Origin: Vitrella brassicaformis CCMP3155
Taxonomy: Eukaryota; Protista; Chromerida
DNA: 64,000 nt
Direction of reading: 5' to 3'
Assembly (NCBI GenBank): GCA_001179505.1
Contig: CDMY01000158.1
Coordinates: 1 to 64,000 of the forward strand
Shown here: piece by piece, positions 1 through 12,500 of the stretch
Layout of the letters: each line of letters starts with the position of its first letter
Position numbering within the stretch: position 1 is the first letter of the stretch
The notes under the pieces: model-generated
The model's input: only the letters and a program-made list of their open reading frames with translations
Told to the model about the DNA's origin: nothing
Databases searched by the model: none
Made by a program: the position numbers and the translations under genes

Positions 1-484
1 CCCTACACAGTTAAACACATACACACATAAGGCCAGCCATCCATCCACCTATGTGTGTCTCTGTCCGTCACCCCTCCACTCAGGCACTGACCTGGTACGC
101 CCTCGTCGTGTTGGTCTGTCCTGATCTTCTTGAGTGCCACGGTCTTGTTGGTGCCCCGCTCCTGTGCCCGATACACCACACCGTACGTGCCCTCACCTGG
201 TTGCAACAACACACACACAGACACGGACAGACACAGAGAGAGGGAGACATGTGGGGACAGTCAATTGTTTCCCCCTGGCTGTCTGTCTGTGTGCGTATGG
301 TACCGACGACTTCTCTTCGGATGAATGTGTCTCTGTCGCTGTCATCGTCGTGTGTGGCAATGTGGTCGTGTGTGTTGTCAGTGTCTGTGTGTGTCTGTCT
401 TTGCCGCTTCCTCTGCCCACCGCCGGCAGCAGCAGCAGCAGCAGCGGCCGGGTGTGGCGAGCGGGACGACCGTTGACGCATCAT
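1..484 (-). CDS. 5' part of a CDK-family kinase (exon 1, exon 2 and the edge of exon 3); gene continues left of the window
   Basis: ATG at 484; exon 1 ends TFIRREVV; exon 2 reads [35 protein letters not shown] (Gly-rich loop, VAxK lysine). Reverse complement of 45751-46235. Confidence 0.85.
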
Positions 485-807
485 ACTCACTCACTCACTC
501 ATCGATGGACGGCTGGATGGACAGTGAATCAGTCAGTGTGTGAGAGTCACAGCAGTGAAGATGAGTGAGACACAGTCAGTGAGCAAACAGACACACAGAC
601 ACAGACATGGGCAGGCATGAGTCATATCCGTGTCATATGTATACGTATGTGAGTGTACGTGCATTGCGTCCTCCCGAATATGCCAAAAAAGACTGAGTGA
701 TTCAACACGGTAGACAGACAGACAGACAGCTAGCTAGCTAGCTATGAGTCCAGGCAGGCAGGCAGCACATCAAATCTGAAAAGCACACCACACAGAAAAT
801 AACCCAT

Positions 808-1752
808 TCACCCATTCATCCATACATACATACGCTCCATCGTGCGTACCCTGTCGATCGTGAAGGCAAGCTTCGTCAAACCTCCCTCCTGGACCCGCTC
901 TAGACTGCAATAGAATGGTCGGCCACTCCCCTGCAACGAGATCTGCATCTCGTTCCAGACCTCGCCAAGCAGCATGAGAATCTCATTTCCACTACTTGAG
1001 AAGCGTTTGATCTCCGCCGCCTCAGGGCCCACCCAATCACAGATGTCGTCGAGCATTGATTTGACACGTGTCATTCCGATCTCACCGCAAGTGCTGCCGC
1101 CGTTCACAGGAAATTTCGCCAACAGCAGCAACGTGCGCGCCATCTTGACGGCCACCCGCCGCATCACCTCGTCCCTTCGCGACGCTCGTTGCTCCTCTGA
1201 TGGCGGTGGGCGCTGCAGATCCGTCTCGCTATCGCTGATGTTAAGGCCGAAGTACCGCATCTCGCGCATCAGCCTGCGCGTGTCGGTGTTGCCATCGATG
1301 AAGAGTGGCGTGCCGTGTCGGTAGTAGTCGATGACATAGGGGAAGAGCGAGGGGTCGGCGTCGATGAAGACGGGCTGGCCCTGCTGCACCTGCTGATATT
1401 CGGCCGTCGACTGGTTGGTCACCAGCTGGCCCAGCAGCGTGTCGGGGTGGCGTAACAACGTCGATATCGCCACACTGAACTCACGGCCACCAACATTCAG
1501 ACGCACGAAGCTCGTCATGGGCAGATCTGCTGCTGTTGCGGGTGCTGACAGATCTGGAGCCTCGCCGGATGATTCGATCTCGCAGTTTTCGTCGGGTTTG
1601 TCGTCCAACTGACTGCCTCCTCCTCCGGAAAGCCTCCCCGAACCGGCCCCGCTCCTTTCTCCCCGTGCGAGCTCAAGGTGTGCGAGCTGAGCGTGCGAAC
1701 GGGAAGAGGGGCCGGAGATCTTGGTGGTTTCACAGCCACGCCTGCTTCCCAT
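808..1752 (-). CDS. Intronless BTB/POZ (KCTD/T1-type) domain protein, paralogue 1; core start probably Met at 1518
   Basis: MTSFVRLNVGGREFSVAISTLLRHPDTLLGQL...FIDADPSLFPYVIDYYRHG...LMREMRYFGL is the KCTD-type BTB signature. Confidence 0.85.
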   Translation of the reverse strand: MGSRRGCETTKISGPSSRSHAQLAHLELARGERSGAGSGRLSGGGGSQLDDKPDENCEIESSGEAPDLSAPATAADLPMTSFVRLNVGGREFSVAISTLLRHPDTLLGQLVTNQSTAEYQQVQQGQPVFIDADPSLFPYVIDYYRHGTPLFIDGNTDTRRLMREMRYFGLNISDSETDLQRPPPSEEQRASRRDEVMRRVAVKMARTLLLLAKFPVNGGSTCGEIGMTRVKSMLDDICDWVGPEAAEIKRFSSSGNEILMLLGEVWNEMQISLQGSGRPFYCSLERVQEGGLTKLAFTIDRVRTMERMYVWMNG

Positions 1753-1892
1753 CGGGTCTGACGCGCCTACGGAGGCGCGCCTCTCTCTTCTTTCTTCTCC
1801 TTCTTTATGCTGTGCCTCAGCGCAGCGCCGCCCCTCACTGCCACTATCGTCGCGTATAGCGGTCCCCTGGTGCCCCTGGCAGTGATGTGAGG

Positions 1893-2710
1893 ATGGCGCT
1901 TGCTCGTATCAAGTTCCAGTGCAAGTGCAACAAGACCAACCTGGGGGACCAGCTGTGTCTCCTGGGCAGCCACAATGGCCTCGGCAGGTGGAACGTCGAC
2001 CAGCGGGTCGTACTCACCACCGACGCCCAGGTCAACACACAAAGAATGGGCACCGGATTCGTCAGGGTGTTGATTCTGCGCGTGCGCGTGTGTGTGGCTG
2101 CTATTGCAGAGTTACCCGTTGTGGACCACGATTGAGGTGCCACTGCCAGCTGCCCAAGACCTGGAGTACAAGTACGTGATTTCCAAACAGGGAGGCGACG
2201 TCACGTGGGAGAGCTTCGGAGGTAAGTCGGGCGGATTGTGGCTGGCAGGTCGGGGACGGGGTGGATCTTTGGTGTGTTGTCCCTCAACAGGCAATCGGAT
2301 CCTCCATGTGCCAGAGGGCGATTCCTGGGTGTATGACGACTTCGGTAAGACAGCGGGTGTGTCACAGACAAATGCCCCATCACACCCTCCGTGTGTGTGT
2401 TCAGACGTCAAGTTGCCTCCCATTTTGATCGCCGCGGAGCCTCCCTCAGACATCCTCCAGTGCGGCCATGAGGGATACACGGCAGGTAGGAGGGGGGATG
2501 AAATCGGTTCACTTGGTGCGCACACCCCATGTGTGTGTCATTTGTCTGTGTGCAGGCCATGACGTGTCTGTGGTTCATCACGACGAGCAGCACAAGGCGG
2601 CCAAAGTGTCGGAAAACCAGCTCAGGAAAGTCCAAAAGGACATCGACAAGGTGGGGTGGGCATCTGACAGTCTAAGTAGTGGGTAAACCATTCACCTGAC
2701 CTGCATACAC

Positions 2711-2746
<36 letters not shown>

Positions 2747-5700
2747 GTGTTGTGTGACTGACGTGACATCCTGCAGGCGTATATGCAGCTGACAGAGCAG
2801 GGCAAGAGTGTGTCGGGTCTGCGTGAGAGGCTGGCCAGGGTGGAGGAGGACCACCAGCTGCAGGCAGCCAGGCTCAACACACGACTCAAGGATGTACATA
2901 CGCATGCCCGCACACACAAACACACACAGCGGAGCGCACAGGTGACTCACTCTGTCTGTCTGCGTATGTCTGTCTGTCTGTCTGTCTGTAAGGCGTCCGA
3001 GGAGCTTGAAGACCTCAAGCAGGAACGAATGGAGGCCGACAAGTTCACCACATCCATCTACGAAAAGGTCAGCCGCAAACACACCAGGCCAAGCCCACAC
3101 TCTCATTGCGTCTGCCTTGCCTGAGCTCACATCACAGGTGGGCACATTGGATACCCAGCTGCTGGAAACCACGGCATCCATCGATAGGAACTTCCTGGAA
3201 CAAGTGAGTGAAGTGAGGCCGCAAACACGCTGATCCCTGCTTACAGGTATCCACATGCATGTGTGTGTGTGTTTCGTGACTCCGCACGTGCAGCACCAGC
3301 ACTTCGAGGAGTCCCGCCAGGCGTTCGAGCAGGAGGTGCAGCAGCAGTTCCACAACTTCCACGACCTGCACAGACACGACTTCGAGGCCTGCAGCCAGGT
3401 GCTGCACGAGACCCAGGAGGCCATCCAGGCGCTCAAGCAACAGCAACTCGACATCGGGGAGCACCTGCAGCAGCTCGCCATCACCCGCGAGCAGCAGCTG
3501 GAGCAACAGGCCGCCCGCAAACGGTCACTCAGCGAGGGAGAGCTCGAAATGAAAAAGGTAAGCAGGCACGACGGACAGAGCCACCCACCCACATGATCTG
3601 TATCCACTCCCCCCTCCCTCTCCCTGTCAGCGGATGGAGCTGGCGTCTCTCGCCCGTCGTCTCGGCGAGCACCAGGGGAAGCTCCGCACACTGGAGCAGC
3701 GGATGGACGCCTCGCACAAGGAGTCGACGGCCATCCGCAAGCTGGCCGAGCAGAGCCGCGAGGAGCTGCGGCGGGCCCTGCCGTCGATGCAGCTGACCCT
3801 GCAGACCACCCAGCGGTCCGCCGATGAGCAGAAGAAGGAGCTCACGCGGCTGTGGAAGAGCCTGGAGGGTCTCAAGTCGACGTATGAGTCGTTCGTCAAG
3901 GAGACCAAGGCTGCCATGACGCAGCAGATCGAGGGCCAGCAGCAGTACCAGCAGAGCAAGAGCGGGGAGCTGCAGCGGATACGCCAGGCGGTGAGTGCTG
4001 TCGAGCTCAAGATAGAGAGCCTCGAGCAGATGAGGGCGGCTTCTGCCGCTGCTTCTTCTGCTGCTGATGGCGGGGCTGTGGATGAGGATGTGGTGCTGGA
4101 GGTGAGGAAGCATGTGGATGAGATGCGCGAGGCCACTGGCGCGCTCCAGCGGTTCAAGGAGGACATACACAAGGTCAGCTCACCGCACACAACACAATGC
4201 GACACCCACAACCACTGTGTGTGTGTGTGTGTGTGTGCGTGTTTACATTACAGACGGAGTCGTCCGAGCGTGCGTCTCTGCAAGCGCAGATCACCGCTTT
4301 GGAGGGCAGGATAGAGGGCGTGTCCATGCGCGCCTCCCTCGAGACCCTGCAGAACGACGTCCAGTCGTCACTCATCAAAGCTGAGGTGGGCCCCGCCCCG
4401 GCCCCATGCCCCCTTCAATCCCCACACCCACCCAGATCAGATGGGATGTGTGTGTATGTGTGTGCATGTGTGCATGTGTGCAGGCGATGCGTGCGTCGTC
4501 GGCCGAGGAGCGGATGGAGTTCGACAAGAGCATCCGTGAGGACATCCGCGTGCGTGTGCAGGGGCTGGAGCGGCTCATCGACGACATCAGGGGTCACAGC
4601 AAAGACAGGGACAAGGAGGGCGAAGAGGCACGACACAAAGCCCTGCTCGCCACACTCCTGGAGGTACGTCCGTCTGTCTGTCTGTCGGTCGGTCGGTCGG
4701 TCTGTTCCCCTCTCTCTCTCTCTCTCTCTCTCTCTCACCGGACACGGACACACAAATGCACAATTCTCTCTCATGTGTTGGCTGATCTGATTGATGTCAG
4801 CTGAAGGAGGTCCAGACCAACCATGGGCGTCAGATTGGTGAGCTTCAGCAGTCGGCGACTATGGCGAGCAGCACCCCGAAGGACCCCGAGACGGCCCCCT
4901 GGCTGGCGTCCATCCAGGAGTGTCTGCGGCAGATCAACGACCTCAAGGCCAACCAGGAGCACCACCAGCAACTGCTCGACGCACACCAGACTGACCCCGA
5001 GGCCCCTGAGGCTGCCGGCAAACGCGAGAGCGTCCTGCTGCAGGTCAGTCAGTCAGTCAGTCCCGTGTGCAGTGCACCCAACCCACCTCTCTCTTTACGT
5101 GTGTCATTCTCTCTGTGTTTGTTTGGCGTGTGTATGTGTTGATGGCTGGATGGCTGGCTGGTTGCAGAAGCTGACGGATGAGGTAGGCATGTTGCGCGAG
5201 GAGGTCAAGGGCGTCAAGCACCAGGCAGAAGGAGGCGGGGGCGGCGACAATAATGCCAATGTCAGCAGTGGCCCCACAGGCACAGCCACGACCGTTGTCA
5301 GCAGCCTTGACGTCGAGGGCATCAAGCGCGAGCAGTGCGTGCTGCGGCAGGCCCTCGAGCAGAGCAGGGTGGTCGAGGACAACCTCAGGAGAGAACAGGT
5401 CACCCACACACATTAACACTTATTGAAGAGAGAGAGAGACTGGTCTCCGTATACGTTGGGTTTGTTGTCTTGTGTTGTGTTGTGTTGTGTTGTGTGGATG
5501 GTTGATCAGACGATGATGTCTTCAACGTTTGACAAGGAGAAGCTCATCCGCCATGAGGCCGACCAGGACCTCCAGAGACAAATCGCCGAGCTCAGACTCG
5601 CCGTGAGCACCAACCCAAAACTAGAATCAGATCCGCACACCACACACCACACACCACACCCACTCCCTCCATGGCTATCTATGTGAATCAGATCGAGGCG

Positions 5701-7553
5701 CTGACCCACCACAGCTCCGGTCCCCATCCCCTGGACCTCACCCACGACGAGCACACCCTCTACGACACGCCCACACCAGACGGCCTGCTCCACCATGACA
5801 ACAACGGCCGCCACCCCCTCTGGGACCACGACCACGACATGGAGCATGACGACACCGTCATCAACCTCACTGCAGACGCCATCCACCACCCAATCAACAC
5901 CCCACCTGACGAGAAGAACGGCCGCTCGCCCGTCGGCAATGAGAGCGCCCGATCGGCCCGCTCGGCTGGTGCGACAGTGGGCAGCAGTCATGATGGGGGC
6001 GACGCAGAGGGAGAGGAGGAGGAGGAAGATAGGCCACTCAGCGAAATCCTGCCCTTGCCGCGAGAGTATTATCATCGCGACTCTACCGACTCGGAGGACG
6101 GTGTGCAGGACCCCCGGCTGCGAGTGCTGCCGCGGTGCAACAGCGAGCCCACCTTCATGCACCAGCTGCGGGCCCTCCGGACCACCGCGAGCGACGCAGT
6201 CGGGTCCAGTGTGTCGGCGGGCTTCGAGCAGGGCGACAGTATGGTAGTGCCGAGTGAGGAGGAGCCGGGGTTTCACCGGTTCAACCGGTACACGGTGCTT
6301 GGCCCGCCGCACCCCCACTTCCCGCCCGTCAAGGTGGGGACCAACCAGGCCCTCACCTGGCAGGCCTGGAACAGCCGGCGCAAGGGCATCTACACCGACG
6401 GCAGCGACACACAGTCACCCGTGCTCACCACCACACCGAGGGCCAGCAACGGCACTGGCATGCCCCCGCCCCTACCGGCCATCCACGACCCACACACCCC
6501 TGGGTCAGCATCGTCTGCAAGGGGAGAGGGAGAGGGAGAGGAGGAGCGGCAGACACAACACGAGACGGCAGACGACGAGACAGAGGGGGCTGTCAAGGAC
6601 GACCAGAGCACCCCCACCCCNNNNNNNNNNNNNNNNNNNNNNNNNNNNNNNNNNNNNNNNNNNNNNNNNNNNNNNNNNNNNNNNNNNNNNNNNNNNNNNN
6701 NNNNNNNNNNNNNNNNNNNNNNNNNNNNNNNNNNNNNNNNNNNNNNNNNNNNNNNNNNNNNNNNNNNNNNNNNNNNNNNNNNNNNNNNNNNNNNNNNNNN
6801 NNNNNNNNNNNNNNNNNNNNNNNNNNNNNNNNNNNNNNNNNNNNNNNNNNNNNNNNNNNNNNNNNNNNNNNNNNNNNNNNNNNNNNNNNNNNNNNNNNNN
6901 NNNNNNNNNNNNNNNNNNNNCCCCCGCCACATCCCCACCCCCAACTCCCACACAAACCGACAGGCCCATCGTACGACGACGAGTACGAGAAGCTCAACAC
7001 GCTGCTGGCTGGTCTCAGCAACTCAAGGCAGGAGCTGAGGGTGGCCTCTTCCGGCCTGCAGGACGCTATCGCCAGCAAGAAGCTCCGCAACAAGACCAAG
7101 GCTCACCGCCGGAAGCACCACCACGCCCATGCCCACGCCCACATCAGGGGGGCCGGTGCGATGCACAGCGACCGCACACAGAGCGCCTCACCGCAGTCTC
7201 GTTCGATGGACCCCACCGCACGGACGGCCACCCCTATGGAGCTGGAGCGCATTGTCGAGGAGGAGAGCCACCACCAGCACCAGCAGCACCAGCAGCAATT
7301 GCATAGGGAGGAGAAGGCCAGTGAGAAGCTGCCGCCCCTGGCACCCAAGAGGGCCGTTATCATGACCGGCGGGCCACCCATCCCCCACCTCAAGCAGCAG
7401 CAGCAGCAGCAGGAGCGCACCGCGACCACGGGGGGCAGCATTGACACGACCCCGACACAGCCGGTGTCTGCCTTGAGGGCGCGGTTCAACGCGGCGAGTG
7501 CGAGCGGATCGTCTCCCAAGGTCCAGACTGAGAGGAACGGGGGGATGCAGTAG
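1893..7553 (+). CDS. Multi-exon protein: N-terminal CBM20 starch-binding domain, long coiled-coil region, low-complexity C-terminus (spans the 6621-6920 gap)
   Basis: Exons 1893-2030, 2110-2221 and 2291-2345 give KFQCKCNKTNLGDQLCLLGSHNGLGRWN...YPLWT...LEYKYV...VTWES..NR (CBM20 LGxW, PxW, KY, WE, NR motifs). Later exons are E/Q/K/L-rich heptads (e.g. ORF 3634-4314). Stop at 7553. Confidence 0.75.
6621..6920. other. Assembly gap (300 N)
   Basis: N run flanked by C-rich sequence. Confidence 0.99.
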
Positions 7554-9512
7554 CAGACGAGGGAGGGAGGGGGGAGGGGGAGGGCGGAGGAGGGAGGGAG
7601 GAAAGTGTATTGCTATTGGTGGACAGCAATTTTGCACACAGGGACGGACAGATGGGGATGGATGTGCGCGGGGTGGATTGGCGGGCGGATCGGATGGGGT
7701 TCTTGTGTCGTACATACCATCCATGTGTGCCGTGTCGTGTGGTGTTGTGTAGGCAAATGTGTGTGCGTACATGTCATGTGATGGATGCGTGGGTCCGTCC
7801 GTCCAGCAGCTCTCTATCCCTCCCTCTCTCTAGTTATCTAAATGAATGGCCGCCATTCATCCATCCATCTCTATCCATCTCTACCTACCTACCTATCTGA
7901 CTGTCTATCTGTCTATCTTTGAACTGGGCTAAGTGTGTTGTGCTGTGCCCTTTTTATCCTCCTGATCCATCCACGAACCATCACATGGTGTGTTGTGTGA
8001 ATCAATGGATGTACCATGCGCCTGTCTGTCTGTCTCTCTCTGAGTGTCGTTTGTCTACACTCACCCACTGGCTCACTCAGTCACTCAGTCACTCATTGTC
8101 TAAACCGAGCAAGGGAACAAGCGGGCAGGACTCACGTCTGTGTGTGTATGCATGCTGTGTGTTGTGTGTTGTGTGTTGTGTGTGTGTGTATGCGTGCTGG
8201 GGGTGGATGTATGAGGACTCCGTTGTGTGCGTGCACTTTGACGTGTTCTGTAGCCGGCTGGTGACCCGCAGCGCTCCTGGTGCACAGAATCAGGAGCACT
8301 GCAGCTTCCGAGCCGGCGTCAGAATACCACAGATGCGCGGCACGACAGGCAGGGGAGGAAGGAAGCGTTGAGAGAGAGAGAACGAGTGGAAGACATCGGC
8401 GTTGCTACAACAGCCCCCCTCTCTGTGCGCCCACTTGTCTGTCCCGCACCTGCTGCGTCGAGTGGTCAGCTCACCCAGGCAGCGCTTGCACGCGCTGCCT
8501 GAGCTGTCTTTTTCACGTACCAGCTGTAGGATGACGCCTGCACAGCACAAGAGGGGAGCGGGGCGATGGATGGATGGATGGACGAATGTCTGCTGTTCGT
8601 TCGATTCGATGGAGCCTGGAAGGGTGTTTGTGGTGTTTTTGGTGCAAGCCATCCCTGCATGAGTGTTTTAGGCTTTGTGCTGCCCGCCTGCCTCCCTGCC
8701 TGACCTGCACGGCACTTTTTCCCTCCCCTCTCTCTCCTGTTTGTCTCCCCTCCCTCCCTCCCTCCCTCCCTGCCTGAGTTGCATTCCTTCCTTGCGTACA
8801 CATTTTTGTCATGAATGCAATGCATCCCATCCCGTATGTATGTGTGGCTGTGTTGTCTGTCTGTGTATGTAGCACATTTATTGGGGCGTGGCGCCCTCGA
8901 TTACTTTTGTTGCGCCTACCACACGCTCAGAGAGAGACAGAGAGAGGGAAGGACAGTCCGTGTGTTGGTTCGGCTTGTCTTGTCTTGTCTTGTGTAACAC
9001 ATGCATGCATGGCTCACGTGTGTGTGTAGGGGAGGACCAAGTGTTCTGTTCTGTGTGTACTTTTGTACTTTATCTTTATCTACTGCTGCCACGAGCTGCG
9101 AAGGAGCGATTTTGTACAGACAGATGAGTGAGCGAAGGGAGGGGTGTCTGGATGGATGGATGGATGGATCGTTGGGGGTTTTGTATTCTCCCTCGATGGA
9201 TTGGTCTGTGTGTGTGTATGTGTGTGTGTGTGACGCAGCGAGGTGAGAGAGATGCAGGCAGGCGACTGAAAGACCCTTCATTCAGAGACCCCTCACTGAC
9301 TGACTCTATTCTTCATTCATGAAGTGTCTTGGATACACTCGTGAGTGAATGAATGAGTATCTCATTGGTCGAGGCCCCGCCTGCACCGCCAGTCAGTTAG
9401 CGAATTGCCGAGTGATCGCACACATAGCGCACAGAGCGCACACCACACACGCGTGACATACATGACCACTGACTGACTGGGACGGACAGATAAAAAGACA
9501 CTATCAACCATA

Positions 9513-12500
9513 TCATTCGACAATGGCCTCATATTTCTCCCATATGAAGCTGACAGACAGACAGGCGAACAAACGGCCGTCGATCCATCCATCCATTGGC
9601 CCGCTGTGTGTCCTGCCTGCCTGCCTGCCTGCCTTGCTTTGCCCGCCTCGCCTCGCATGGCCTACCTGTAAAGTTCGTCGGCGCACTTGCAGTAGACCGT
9701 CTCGGCACTGTTGTACAGCCTGCAGTTGTCGAACATGAGTTTGAGCTCGGCGCCGAAGGTGGCCTTGTCCGGGAACTCTGAGGGAGTGAAACCATCCATA
9801 CATCCATCCATCCACAAATCAGCCAACCGAGGCAGGCAGGCTCGCTTACCGTGGTTCTTGACCTTCTTCTGCATCGTGCTCAAATCTGCCCACCACGAGT
9901 CCCATCAGGCACTCACTGGCTGCAGCTGTGTGTGTATGTGTGTGTGTGTGTGTGTGTGTCCGACTGAGTGGCATGCCCACCCACCCACCCACCCACCTGT
10001 GGGATGTGTGATGACCTGGTAGTAGTCGGGCGCCTCAGCCAAGGTCACCGGCTTCTGCACACATACATACCCAACACACACATCCCATTCATTCCAGGAG
10101 GCACAGCCAGCCAGCCACCGACCCACTCCCTGACTGACTCACTGACCCTGAAGGGCCACGACTTGGGGTGGTTGACGAGTGCCTTGAGGATGGCCGTGAA
10201 CTGCTCCTCCAAAGACTGGTGGTCCGCACTGCACACATCACACACCACACACACCACATCTCCATGCGATGCTTGTGTGTGTGTGTGTATGCGTGGGTAA
10301 GGGGCGCGTACGCGGTCTTCTGGCGCTTCGCAGGGTTGTCCTTCCACCCAGCATTCACTGCACACAAACGACGTCGCGTAAGAGAGAGAGAGAGAGAGAG
10401 AGTGGGTGTGGGGGGATGGGTGGGGGGGGATGGGGGCTGATGTGTGTGTCTTGTGTGTCGGTGGTTTCTTCTCTACTTACCGACTCCGGGTATGTCTGAT
10501 GGGTGTAGAGGTACGCCGGGGTTGGTCACGAAGTACTGGATGCCCTCGAAGGACGTCTTGGACTTGTGCAGCATGATCTGCTCAAACAACCACTGAACTC
10601 ACACACACACATACACACACAGAGAGACGGACCGACCGACCGATCCACACCACATGGTGTTCGAATGTTGATGTGTGTGTGTGTGTGTGTGTGTGGTTTG
10701 CGTTAGTACGTTCTTCTGGAGTTTGATCATATCCCCGATCTTCCTGTAGTTGACCAGGCTCGATATGCGGCACTCCATCAACGTGCCTGACACACAACAA
10801 CACAAACACCGACACACACCACGGTCACACGAGTGAGTGCATCGAGTGCACTCCTTCCTACTCGTTCCTATGCTGTGTGTGATGCACTGCACTGACCCCC
10901 GTCGTATTCCTTGATATAGCCGCTGTGACGGTCCTTGGGCAGTGACACCGTCTTGGTGAAACCCTGAACAAACGGTGAAATAAATGGCATGCACGCGTGT
11001 GTGCGCATGGCCCGCCCCTTGTCCGTCCGATGGCCATACATCACGGGCCATCCCTACTCACTCCTTCACCCACCTGTTTCTGGAAGTATCCGATGGCGAA
11101 GTTGTCGGCAAACGTGAGGAAGTAGTCAATACCTGCACTCCCCCATCCATCCAATCGATGGATGGGCCCGTGCGAGTGAGTCTCTGTGTGGTGTAGGTAC
11201 CGTACCAGTGCCCATGGTCTTGACATATTCCTTCAGGTGGTTCATCAGACGAGTGCCGTAACCCTACACAACACACATCCCACACACCACACACACACAC
11301 CCCACACACACACACAGGTGTCAACGCGCCGTAATGGCTCGTGTGGGTTGGGTGGTTGGCTTAATTTGTGTGGGCGAGCACCGTTCGTCCTTACCTTGAC
11401 CTGCTCGGTGGACGTGATGGCCAGGAAGGCAATCTCAGCGAAACGCTGCACACACACCGAAACCAGGAAGGAACGTGCAGACAGAAACACACACGCCGTG
11501 TGTATGTGTGTGTGCGTACTACCTGCTCGAAGAAGGGCCTGAAGCAGATGCCCCCGATAATCTTGTCCTGGACACACGACACGACACGACACGACACACG
11601 CATATATCCGTCCATCCATCCAGGCAGCAGGCCGTCCTCTCTTGGCGCATTTATTGCTGCACTCACTGATTGCCGTTCGTGTGTGTGAGTAGATAGCCCA
11701 CCTTACCTTTTTCTTGAGGCAGTATGAGAAGTGTTTCCTGTCAAAGACGAGCCGCACGATGTACTCCCGGGGCATCTTGGGCAACTGACGCGAGAAGATG
11801 TTCTGACACACACACACACACACACACAATGGGGGGATACACACAACACACGTGTGTGCGTCAACTCAACATACGCATGCATTTGTGTGGAGTGGATGAC
11901 GTGACGCCAGCCAACCTACCTTGAGGTGGACAAGCTTCATGAGATTTTCCCGCGACCCATCGTTGGATATGCACTCGAACCATATGATGCCTGCACACAC
12001 ACATAGACACATAGACAACATGCACACCACAGATGGATGGATGGATGGATGGAGGGATGGAGGGATGGAGGAAGGGATGGGCCGGTGGCGGTGCGTACCC
12101 AGGTCCTCCTCCGCCTTGCCCCCCGAGTCGCGCAGCAAGAAGCCCAGACCACTCTGAACACACCACATTCATGTCACACAGAGAGACGTAGCATAGCACG
12201 CAGTTATGATGCACCTTCTTCATGACACACGAACCTCTGATGCAAGGAAGCTCTCCGGGCTGGGCGCCGGGCCCTGACCACCCTGACCCTCAGCGGCAGC
12301 GGCCAACAACCTCTGCAGGCACACAACCACATACGCACACACACAGATGGATGGACCCCCACACGCACGCACAGTGGGAGTCCATCTATCTATCTATCTA
12401 TCTACCCTTTCTAGGTCATCAGCGACGGCAGGGTCTTCAGCGGTGCATTCCGCGGCCAGCTGACACAACATCTGACGGAAGCGGTCCTCACCCAACACCG

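Noticed and set aside
6621-6920. Long ORFs crossing N runs (also at 31687, 45252 and 51946)
   Set aside because: These are artefacts of translating N as X.
8100-8660. Less repetitive, GC-rich segment with short ORFs on both strands
   Set aside because: No domain or consistent exon chain could be built.
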